DNA of 64,000 nucleotides from Candidatus Thalassarchaeum sp. (lineage in GTDB: Archaea > Thermoplasmatota > Poseidoniia > Poseidoniales > Thalassarchaeaceae), in assembly GCA_045559735.1 (NCBI GenBank), contig JBJLJN010000014.1, positions 15,451-79,450 of the forward strand, given 5' to 3'. The notes under the pieces were generated by a model. The model saw only the letters and a list, made by a program, of their open reading frames with translations. It searched no databases and was not told where the DNA came from. Made by a program: the position numbers and the translations under genes. Each line of letters opens with the position of its first letter. The stretch's first letter is position 1. This document shows positions 51,086 to 59,371 of the stretch, piece by piece.

Positions 51086-52057
51086 CTAGGCCTCCGCCGC
51101 CCTAGCAGCCTTCCTCTCACGCTTCTTCAGTTCCTTCTCAGCGCGCTTCTTCAGCTCCATATCGACGCGTTCCTGGTGTACTGCTGGGAGGACTCTGGTC
51201 CTACCTGCATCGAACCACAAGTCCTGTCTGTTGAAGCCGGACATGCCATCATACTCGTTGGTCATGAAGAAGGACTCGAAGGGGCAGGCCTCAGCACATA
51301 GGCCGCAGAACATGCATCTACCAATGTCAATCTGCCCTGACACGATATCCTGCTCCGCAGGTGTTAGAGTGCTGGAGTCAATCGTCTCCACGCCGGTTCC
51401 ATCAGACCAGCGAACAGTAGCCTTGTCTCCTGACAGTTCAATCACCTCGCCGAAGTCATACTGCGGAGGGGCATCGGCGTGAGAGTTCACTAAGTCGAAT
51501 CCTTCTGCTATGTCCTCGAAGTCATCCTTCTTCCTAGCAGCAAACCCACCTTCCTCAAGCTCGCTTCCGTAACCATGCCAATCATCACCCTCTTCAGCGG
51601 TGTCAAGGACGTTTACCCTGACCTCTGAAGTCATGTGGAGGCAGTCATTAGGGCAAACTCTGACGCACGCTTTGCAGGCTGTGCAAGTCTCCCAGATGAT
51701 TCCAATTCTCCCATTGTAGTTGCCCGGAACGAACAACCAAGGCTCTAGATCCTCGAGTCTCTCATAGGGGTACATCACGGTCACGGGTCGCTCTAGGAAA
51801 GGCATAATCTCGCTCGTCTCTCTATCAGCAGAGAACTTCTGCCAGAGTGTAGGGTGGTCTACGCCAACTCTCTCTCTGGTGGCTGGATCGACCATAGATG
51901 CCGACTTACCGTGGTAGTCATTCCTGAGTAAACTCAGCCTGCCTAGGTATGGGACGGTTCTGAGTGCTGTCTTCAGTGTCATCCACATCGGGCGGATGAC
52001 TAGGTTCCTGAAGTTGGGAGTCGCATGAGGATGCCCAGTGTTCGCCTTGTAACTCAT
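51086..52057 (-). CDS. nuoI: Complex I-like subunit I (2x[4Fe-4S]) with large insertion
   Basis: VT.MYP, CTACKACVRVCP and CMFCGLCAEACP; 323 aa. Confidence 0.9.
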   Translation of the reverse strand: MSYKANTGHPHATPNFRNLVIRPMWMTLKTALRTVPYLGRLSLLRNDYHGKSASMVDPATRERVGVDHPTLWQKFSADRETSEIMPFLERPVTVMYPYERLEDLEPWLFVPGNYNGRIGIIWETCTACKACVRVCPNDCLHMTSEVRVNVLDTAEEGDDWHGYGSELEEGGFAARKKDDFEDIAEGFDLVNSHADAPPQYDFGEVIELSGDKATVRWSDGTGVETIDSSTLTPAEQDIVSGQIDIGRCMFCGLCAEACPFESFFMTNEYDGMSGFNRQDLWFDAGRTRVLPAVHQERVDMELKKRAEKELKKRERKAARAAEA

Positions 52058-52067
52058 CAAATCACTC

Positions 52068-53645
52068 CTAATCCCTGTGGCTCCCCGGTGATGCCTTGAC
52101 AACTGCCTGAGTGCTGTACGGCCTACGCTGAATCTCCAGCGCATCCTTGTCCTCATCTATTGCGAGAATCACGAAAATTCCGCCAGATGCAGCTGTGATG
52201 GCGATTGGTAGCAACAGATTCCATGGGCCACCATCCCAGAACAGTAGCCTGATTGCTATAGCTAACACCAAGTTGAGCAGAGACAATGGCAATAGGTATC
52301 TCCAACCGAACTCAAGAATCTGGTCGGTTCTAACTCTGTGAAGGGAAGCCCGAATCCATACGAATACGGCGAATAGAGCCCATGCCTTCAGCAAGATCCA
52401 CCCCACGCCAGGAATCAGTGAAAGACCAAACTCTACGATACTACCTACCCAAGGCAGATCGGCAAGGGTGTGCTCGAAAGGAGCCTCCCATCCACCCAGG
52501 AAGAACAGGGCGAAGAGAATGCAGGCGGCATACGATCGCATGTACTCGGCAGCAAACATTAGCCCCCATCGAATCCCTCCATACTCGGTCCACCAGCCCT
52601 CGACCAGTTCTGCCTCGGCCTCAGGCATGTCGAATGGAATTCTCTCGACCTCGGCAATCATCGTGATGAGGAAGAGCAGAGCTCCCAGAGGCATCAGGAA
52701 TATGTTCCAGACATTACCTTCATCTTCGCCAATCTGGAAGTCCACAATCTCAATGATGTTGAACGAGCCACTGAGGACGGCGACGCCAAGGACAGTAATC
52801 AGCAGTGGGATTTCGTAGGCAGTGAGTTGCGCGGCGGAGCGCATTCCTCCGATGAGAGTATACTTGTTGTTGGAAGCCCAGCCAGCGAAGAACACACCGA
52901 GCGGGGCAACGCCGAAGATTGCCATCATGAAAAGCAGAGAGAGTTCTGGATTAGCAGCGTAGATGTGCGGTCCGAACGGAACGAAGGCAAACACCATCAC
53001 TGTGGTTGAAAGGATGATGACAGGGGCTACCTCGAAGACGACCTTGTCAGCATCTTTGGGAACGATGTGTTCCTTTGTTGCGAACTTGAAGAAATCAGCG
53101 AAGGCCTGGAAGAATCCAGGCAGGAGGAACCAGTAGCCGTGGTAACTCCTGTTGTTGACTCTGGATACTGTTTCCAACTCGTGCGAGTTGCCCCAGGTCT
53201 TGTTGAGGGCCCCTATGACCCATCCAATCGGGCCACCTACTCCGAAGGGCAACTTGTTCCACCACTCCCCTGCAGTGACCCCACTCTCTCCGACCCAGAC
53301 ACTCCTCAGAGTGGTGGTAGCCCCTAGTCTGTCCATCAAACGGCCGATGAACTTCCTCTCGATGTATGGTATAGCCAGCATTGTGGTCATCATCAAGCCA
53401 AAGACCACTGTGCACATAATCGTGGCATGCATGAACGACTCCAGGGCCGGCTGTATGCTTGCGAATCCATCTTGCAGATTGAAAATTGGACCGATGGTGA
53501 ATGGATTGGGCCAGGCCCAAGTGCTGGGGATGGTGACCTGTAGATCGATATCTTCGGATGGCATCAAGTCGTGCACATTATCCATCGACCAGCTGGTCAA
53601 AGATTCAGTCCAGCCGACTATGTCCAACCAGTCGCTACTCGTCAT
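52068..53645 (-). CDS. nuoH: Complex I-like subunit H, extended
   Basis: ERK, ADFFK, SNNKY..GGMR..AQ..YE, RIPFDMPEAEAELV and R.DQ; 525 aa. Confidence 0.93.
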   Translation of the reverse strand: MTSSDWLDIVGWTESLTSWSMDNVHDLMPSEDIDLQVTIPSTWAWPNPFTIGPIFNLQDGFASIQPALESFMHATIMCTVVFGLMMTTMLAIPYIERKFIGRLMDRLGATTTLRSVWVGESGVTAGEWWNKLPFGVGGPIGWVIGALNKTWGNSHELETVSRVNNRSYHGYWFLLPGFFQAFADFFKFATKEHIVPKDADKVVFEVAPVIILSTTVMVFAFVPFGPHIYAANPELSLLFMMAIFGVAPLGVFFAGWASNNKYTLIGGMRSAAQLTAYEIPLLITVLGVAVLSGSFNIIEIVDFQIGEDEGNVWNIFLMPLGALLFLITMIAEVERIPFDMPEAEAELVEGWWTEYGGIRWGLMFAAEYMRSYAACILFALFFLGGWEAPFEHTLADLPWVGSIVEFGLSLIPGVGWILLKAWALFAVFVWIRASLHRVRTDQILEFGWRYLLPLSLLNLVLAIAIRLLFWDGGPWNLLLPIAITAASGGIFVILAIDEDKDALEIQRRPYSTQAVVKASPGSHRD

Positions 53646-53649
53646 TCTA

Positions 53650-54786
53650 TCACCTATCTGTCTCTCCGATACAGGGATCAAACGAACCCATGATTGCAGG
53701 GATGTCCGCTACCTTGTAGCCAATCATACACTTAGCTGCGAATGGGATTGTAATGAAAATCGGAGAACGGATTGAGACTCTGTAGGGCTGCTTCCCCCTT
53801 CCTTCTCCACCACCTGCGATATAGAACATGGACTCGCCTCTACTGTCTTCGAAATGGTGTGCTCCACTGGTTCCCTCGGGAGCGCGGCTCGGAGCCTTGG
53901 CGAGAATCATTGGATCCTCTGGCTCATAGTGCGTATTGGCTCCTCCAGGAATCTTGTCCAGAGCCTGTAGAGCCAGTGATGCACTGACTCTCATCTCCTC
54001 TACCCGGATCCTGTAGCGGTCGTAGCAATCTGCTCCCTTGATTGAAGAGCGCTCGACTGGGGGGGACCAGTCGAGTTCGCTGTAGACCGAATAGGGGTGA
54101 GCCCAGCGGATATCGTAGTTCACTCCCCCTGCCCTCAGGTTGGGGCCTGTAACTCCGTGGTTGACCATCTCCTCTGGTTTGGCGTATCCGACTCCTTGGC
54201 TCCGCACAAGGAAGATGGTGCTCTCATCGTACAGTGCCTCGTACTCCTGAATCCGGTTGAGAAACAGCTTGAGTTTTGCTCTGGCTCGCTGGGCGAAACC
54301 GTAGGGGAGGTCACGCTTGACGCCGCCGACTCTCGGGAAGTTGTAGTGCATTCTGGAGCCACCCAACTCTTGTAGCAGATCCATCATCATCTCGCGCTCC
54401 CTAAGGCACCAGACCATAATCGACAGGTTTCCAATGTCTGGACCATAGGCTCCCAGCCACATCAGATGGCTGGCGATGCGCTGAATCTCAACGGCGATGA
54501 GTCGGATGTATTCGGCCCTCTCCGGGACCTCTACTTCGAGCAGGTCTTCGGCTGAGTAGATGTATGCGTGTGACCAAGTATTAGCGCTGGCGTAGCACAA
54601 TCTATCACAGTAGGTCGTAATCTGAGTGAAATCACGAGATTCACATATCTTCTCGACGCCGCGGTGGATGTATCCCAAATCGGGCTCGGTGTCGACGACG
54701 GTTTCTCCATCTACCTTTACCTTCAGTGTCCACAGACCATGGGTCATTGGGTGCTGAGGGCCCATGGAAATCCACATCTCTGCCAT
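53650..54786 (-). CDS. nuoD: Complex I-like subunit D
   Basis: GPQHP.THG, GYIHRG.EK, RIASHL and D....GETDR. Confidence 0.96.
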   Translation of the reverse strand: MAEMWISMGPQHPMTHGLWTLKVKVDGETVVDTEPDLGYIHRGVEKICESRDFTQITTYCDRLCYASANTWSHAYIYSAEDLLEVEVPERAEYIRLIAVEIQRIASHLMWLGAYGPDIGNLSIMVWCLREREMMMDLLQELGGSRMHYNFPRVGGVKRDLPYGFAQRARAKLKLFLNRIQEYEALYDESTIFLVRSQGVGYAKPEEMVNHGVTGPNLRAGGVNYDIRWAHPYSVYSELDWSPPVERSSIKGADCYDRYRIRVEEMRVSASLALQALDKIPGGANTHYEPEDPMILAKAPSRAPEGTSGAHHFEDSRGESMFYIAGGGEGRGKQPYRVSIRSPIFITIPFAAKCMIGYKVADIPAIMGSFDPCIGETDR

Positions 54787-54795
54787 CTGTTCACC

Positions 54796-55455
54796 TCACT
54801 TGATTTTGCCAACGTCTTCGGGTTTACGCATGAAGCCCTGAGGGTCGTCGTACATCTCCTCAAAGCCATGGTACCTCAGATTGTGCTGCTTCTGCAGAGG
54901 GTGGTATCCCCTAGGGGTCTCATGCGGTAACAGGACTCGTCTCATGCCCTTGTGGCCATCGAAGTCTATTCCTACTAGGTCCCAAGTCTCCTTCTCATTC
55001 CAATCTGCTCCTACCCAGATGTCTTGGACCGAGTCGACTGTAGGAGTTCTGGAATCTGGAAGATGGATATGGACTTCAACCTCTACAGGTGTTCCGAAGC
55101 CCCTTAGAGTAGAGGGGTTGACTATGATTGGTTGAACCACGCCGTCCTTAGAGGGAGGATCTCTGACGCCGGTTCTGAGAAGATGGTAGACGACTTCCCA
55201 CTTGCGATTGGCATCCCCCTCAGGCCAGTGAATCCCGGTAATCATCGAGCAGTGGTCAACGGCATGATCGGAGTACAGCATCTCGGCGAGGCCTCTCCAA
55301 CTTTCTGGAGATGGGTTGGCGACTACCACATTCCTAGGATTTGTTCCGCTAGAGCGCTCGACGACTTCTGCCTCAACTCCTTCCAGAGAAGAGATTGAGT
55401 TGACGATTACTTCTGCAGCTGCCTTCTGAACCGATGCAGAGACTATCTTTCCCAT
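54796..55455 (-). CDS. nuoC: Complex I-like subunit C
   Basis: VVYHL, W.GADWNEKETWDLVGI.F.GH and HPLQK. Confidence 0.92.
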   Translation of the reverse strand: MGKIVSASVQKAAAEVIVNSISSLEGVEAEVVERSSGTNPRNVVVANPSPESWRGLAEMLYSDHAVDHCSMITGIHWPEGDANRKWEVVYHLLRTGVRDPPSKDGVVQPIIVNPSTLRGFGTPVEVEVHIHLPDSRTPTVDSVQDIWVGADWNEKETWDLVGIDFDGHKGMRRVLLPHETPRGYHPLQKQHNLRYHGFEEMYDDPQGFMRKPEDVGKIK

Positions 55456-55464
55456 CTAATCAGC

Positions 55465-56061
55465 TCACTCGTCCCCGATGATTACAGGTGCGTCACTCTC
55501 CGGCCTCACATCATCTACATCGACACCAATCCGGATAATCTTCTGACGGAGTTTGTCAAACCCGTCAATCAGCGCCTCTGGCCTAGGTGGGCAACCAGGG
55601 ATGTAGACATCTACTGGAATCACAGTGTCAACTCCCTCAAGGACATTGTATGACTGGAAGTATGGTCCACCAGAAATAGCGCACTCCCCCATAGCGATGC
55701 ACCACTTTGGCTCTGGCATCTGCTCCCATAGTCTGATTATTGGGTCGGCGAACTTCTTGCTAATCGGGCCGTTCACCAGAAGGACATCACACTGTCTAGG
55801 GCTGGATCTGAAGAAGACTCCGAAGCGCTCGGCATCGAACCTGCTTGCTCCAGCTGCTGCCATCTCTAAAGCGCAGCACTTGATTCCCAGGTGCAATGGG
55901 AAAAGCGACTTCCTCTGACCCCAGTTGAACACCCTGCCGGCTAGGACGCCGATTACGTCCTTCATCCGACTTGCCTTGAGGGCCTCATCGGTGACGTCGC
56001 CGACTACATCCACCAGCATCCTGCTGTTGAACATCGAGTAGTTCTGCCCTTCTTCTGTCAT
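55465..56061 (-). CDS. nuoB: Complex I-like subunit B
   Basis: CCALEM, SPRQ.D, MGECA.SGG and PGCPPRPE. Confidence 0.96.
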   Translation of the reverse strand: MTEEGQNYSMFNSRMLVDVVGDVTDEALKASRMKDVIGVLAGRVFNWGQRKSLFPLHLGIKCCALEMAAAGASRFDAERFGVFFRSSPRQCDVLLVNGPISKKFADPIIRLWEQMPEPKWCIAMGECAISGGPYFQSYNVLEGVDTVIPVDVYIPGCPPRPEALIDGFDKLRQKIIRIGVDVDDVRPESDAPVIIGDE

Positions 56062-56069
56062 AATCCACC

Positions 56070-56516
56070 TCAGATGTATATCCTGCCCCGCTTGCGGAAG
56101 ACGTGCCAGACTCCCAGACCCATCAGAACGGTGAACACAGTGAGTGTGCCTAGAGCGCCGATCATCTCACTGTCAGCCATTCCCTCTTGGATGGCTATCA
56201 CACCTCCGAAGGCGAGGAACATGAAGGCGATGTCGAACACTAGGAAGATAATGGCGTACCAGTAGTATTGGAAGTGGAAGTTGATGTGAGCCTCTCCCAG
56301 TGGCTCAGCACCGCATTCGTAGGTTGAGTCCCTGCGAATGTAGAGGCTCTGGTCGGTCTCATATCCGGGAAGCAGCCACGAACGCATCTTAGTAGGGTCG
56401 TTGGGTGATTTCCTTGGCCTGAGCAACTCGGCTGCGATGAAACTCCCAACGGGAAATCCGATTCCAACCAAGGTCATTACCGCCACAGCGACATAGGCCT
56501 CGGGAACTGAAGACAT
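56070..56516 (-). CDS. nuoA: Complex I-like subunit A
   Basis: TYECG and YY.YAIIFLVFD; GGGTGA RBS. Confidence 0.93.
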   Translation of the reverse strand: MSSVPEAYVAVAVMTLVGIGFPVGSFIAAELLRPRKSPNDPTKMRSWLLPGYETDQSLYIRRDSTYECGAEPLGEAHINFHFQYYWYAIIFLVFDIAFMFLAFGGVIAIQEGMADSEMIGALGTLTVFTVLMGLGVWHVFRKRGRIYI

Positions 56517-56523
56517 AGTTTTC

Positions 56524-56552
56524 ACCCGGCGGTCCCTATGGGACCGACGGGT
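56524..56552. promoter_or_regulatory. Inverted repeat ACCCG-g-CGGTCCC-TAT-GGGACCG-a-CGGGT overlapping the nuoA RBS
   Basis: 12 paired positions plus one mismatch, read directly. Regulatory role is inferred. Confidence 0.65.
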
Positions 56553-56607
56553 CATTGCACCTGAATAGGGGCAATAAGCCTATCCGGACAGGCCTCCGTA
56601 GTATTGG

Positions 56608-59304
56608 TCAGTCATCGAACTGGTTTTCTAGGACTTCCACAATTCTGCGATTCTCCGCCCTAGAACGGAAGAACAGGACTATGACGAGAATAGTACCAAG
56701 GATGATTGACCCATATACCAGCACTTGAGTTGCTTCCTCTGATAGGCCGATGAAGGTTGAAGGCATGATAGAGGTCACCTCCAAATCTATCGGCTCGCCA
56801 GCCACTGGAAGTCCCTCTGGCTGTACGGTTACAGTGAATCTGTAGGTATCATCTTCAAGCAGTTCACTGGGAGGGGTGACACTGACCTGAACCTCTCTGG
56901 TCTCATCTGGAGCTAGTTCGAATTCATCGAAGTCAACGTTCACGGCCCAACCCCTCAGGGACTCGCTGGAGAGCACCTCAACATCCTCCAATATGTTCCC
57001 ATGGTTGGTTATGAAGAGTGTGAAGTAGGCCTTGTCGGGATACTCGGCGCTCTTTGAGTCATCTCCCTCAAGTGTGAATCTCAAATCATGTATCGTCATG
57101 ATTTCTACGACAATATCCACGGTTGTTTTCTGGGCTGTGTTCTTCTGCGAAGAAGCACCGACCTCGATTAGACCCGAAACTCCATTGGCGACTCCCTCAG
57201 ATATATCCAGATGAATGTCCAATAGGACCCTCTCTCCACTACCGATGGAGAAGGTACCATCAATCTCGACACCTTCTACTGTCATCGACCTTAGGACCGA
57301 GGACTCCATCCCTGAGACTGTAATTACTGCGGTGTCCCCTCCGGGATAGTCGCCGGTGTTCTCAATCCAGAATGAGGTCGTCATTGTCCCCCCTGGAGGC
57401 AGGGTCGCTTGGATCTGGTCGGGTATCTCTCCGGGGTTCTGCGGAGAGATTGCCATTGCGTAATTGTAGTTTGAAACCACTACTGAAACTGTGTGCTCAT
57501 CCGCTACGTTGGTGCCGTATATCGCTATTCGAGCGAGCACGCTCGCTGAATCTGCATCCTCCTCTCCTTCTACTAGGACATCGAGGTATACTGTCTGCTG
57601 CTGACCGGGGTCAAGGACAATTTGTGTGATTGCATTGCCCTCGGTATCTGAGAAGGAAGATTCCCACATTGGTGAGTTGCAACCTGTCTGGTCACTCGGG
57701 TCGCAGACCTGCAGCTTGAATGTGTCTTGGATGTTGCCAGAGTTGGTCACATCGATTGGGAACTGGACCGTCTGATCCGAGCGCCCGGTCTGCTGAGTTG
57801 AGAGGATTGAGGTTGTGACGCTGTGCTTAGCGGCCACCGAGACTGTAAGTTCCTTGGAGTCGTAGGGATCGCTCCCTCCTCCCCTTCCAACTGTGAAAGT
57901 AATCACGGTATCTTCCACCGCGCTGGCATCCTCTGGAACGAAGACTTCGGCGGTGACTGTTTCTCTGTTGTTACCTGAGTTCGCGCTGCCCACAGTCACA
58001 GATGTCTGGGAAAACGAGACTTGCCATCCAGGAGGGAGTCCTTCTGCTCCAACAGACATGGTCTCCATGCCGTTCCCCTGATTGGTGATCTGGAGAGACA
58101 GGGTGTCGGATGAACCGGGCTCGACGTTGTTGAGTTTGTTCTTGCTCAGGGACAGAGAGGCATCATGGCTCTGTCCTACCGTGACTGTGAGAATCTGCTC
58201 GCAGCCGATTGAAGTACCGGCACGACCCTGTATCTTGATTCCGACCTGAGTTCCTGACTCCACGGAGTCCTCGGGAGTCACACTGAAGGTGAAGGTGTGA
58301 CTGTCTTGAGAGCCACCGGGCTCTGAGAGGAGTTTGCTGAGCGGATTGTCGAAGTCGACCCATCCTGAGATATCATAGTCAGAGTTCTGAGCTTGGGCGT
58401 TCGCGGTGACTGTCCACTCGGTATTGCCTACATTCTCAACCTCAAATGAATTGGTTGCAGAATCTCCCGGATCAAGACTGTGCGAGGTGAACTGAAGATT
58501 GGGGTCGCACTCCTTGCGCTCGGGGACCTTTAGCGTCAGTGTCAGGTTATCCTCGGCCTGATCGGCTGCATTCGGGTCATTGGTCACTGTGGCCTTGAGT
58601 ATGAAGCAATGGTTACCGGCTTCGGTGGAACTTCCATCGGGGATGTCTACCGTTACCTCGACTGTCTCCGTATCTTCTGGCTCAAGTTGCAAGACTTGCG
58701 GATCGACTGTGGCATCTAAGGTGTCTGACTCGCAATCACTGTCTGAAGTCATCTCCAGTTGGACATTGGCCTGCTGCTCTCCATTGTTCTCAACATCTAC
58801 ATCCCAAGTAACGCTGTCTGATCCAGTTGTATCTCCCTCGTAGGTCTTGAGTTGCTCATCAGTTGAGAGGCTGATAGAGTACAAGCCACCACCATCTCCT
58901 GCCGTGGTAGTCACGGTGACATCGTCATTGGCTGGAGTGCCGACGCCGGTCCCAGTGGCCTGAGCGTTCACCGTGGTCTCACAGTCGCCATCAGCTTGGT
59001 CATTTACCGAGACTGTGAGCAGGACTGTCTCAGAACTGCCTTCGTCGACAGATACCTGAAAGGTCTCCAAAGTGGAGGTGAAGCCATTGCAATCATTGCC
59101 CTGCTGCGTACTAAGAGATACGGTGATGTCCTCGTCACCATCATTGGCCACAATTATGTCGTACTCAGCCTCATCCTCAGTAGTCGCCTCTTGGGCGGTA
59201 GGATTGGCAGAGAGAGCCACTGATACCTCAGCAGCGACCAGAGGTGAAGCCATCGAGAAGAGAAGAATCGCCACCAGAACAGAGGTCGACGTATTATGTC
59301 GCAT
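56608..59304 (-). CDS. Large acidic cell-surface protein with tandem Ig-like (COG1470/NPCBM-associated-like) repeats and C-terminal TM
   Basis: Signal peptide; recurring V.N.GN ... L.PG units of about 110 aa; C-terminal TM plus a short tail. Confidence 0.82.
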   Translation of the reverse strand: MRHNTSTSVLVAILLFSMASPLVAAEVSVALSANPTAQEATTEDEAEYDIIVANDGDEDITVSLSTQQGNDCNGFTSTLETFQVSVDEGSSETVLLTVSVNDQADGDCETTVNAQATGTGVGTPANDDVTVTTTAGDGGGLYSISLSTDEQLKTYEGDTTGSDSVTWDVDVENNGEQQANVQLEMTSDSDCESDTLDATVDPQVLQLEPEDTETVEVTVDIPDGSSTEAGNHCFILKATVTNDPNAADQAEDNLTLTLKVPERKECDPNLQFTSHSLDPGDSATNSFEVENVGNTEWTVTANAQAQNSDYDISGWVDFDNPLSKLLSEPGGSQDSHTFTFSVTPEDSVESGTQVGIKIQGRAGTSIGCEQILTVTVGQSHDASLSLSKNKLNNVEPGSSDTLSLQITNQGNGMETMSVGAEGLPPGWQVSFSQTSVTVGSANSGNNRETVTAEVFVPEDASAVEDTVITFTVGRGGGSDPYDSKELTVSVAAKHSVTTSILSTQQTGRSDQTVQFPIDVTNSGNIQDTFKLQVCDPSDQTGCNSPMWESSFSDTEGNAITQIVLDPGQQQTVYLDVLVEGEEDADSASVLARIAIYGTNVADEHTVSVVVSNYNYAMAISPQNPGEIPDQIQATLPPGGTMTTSFWIENTGDYPGGDTAVITVSGMESSVLRSMTVEGVEIDGTFSIGSGERVLLDIHLDISEGVANGVSGLIEVGASSQKNTAQKTTVDIVVEIMTIHDLRFTLEGDDSKSAEYPDKAYFTLFITNHGNILEDVEVLSSESLRGWAVNVDFDEFELAPDETREVQVSVTPPSELLEDDTYRFTVTVQPEGLPVAGEPIDLEVTSIMPSTFIGLSEEATQVLVYGSIILGTILVIVLFFRSRAENRRIVEVLENQFDD

Positions 59305-59345
59305 TGGAACTCCGAGAATATCGCCCCTCTAAGGACTTCGGGCCA

Positions 59346-59365
59346 CGCGACCCTACGGGGTCGCG
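59346..59365. repeat. Intergenic hairpin CGCGACCC-TACG-GGGTCGCG
   Basis: Perfect 8-bp stem 6 nt after the protease stop codon. Confidence 0.75.
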
Positions 59366-59371
59366 ATTCTC

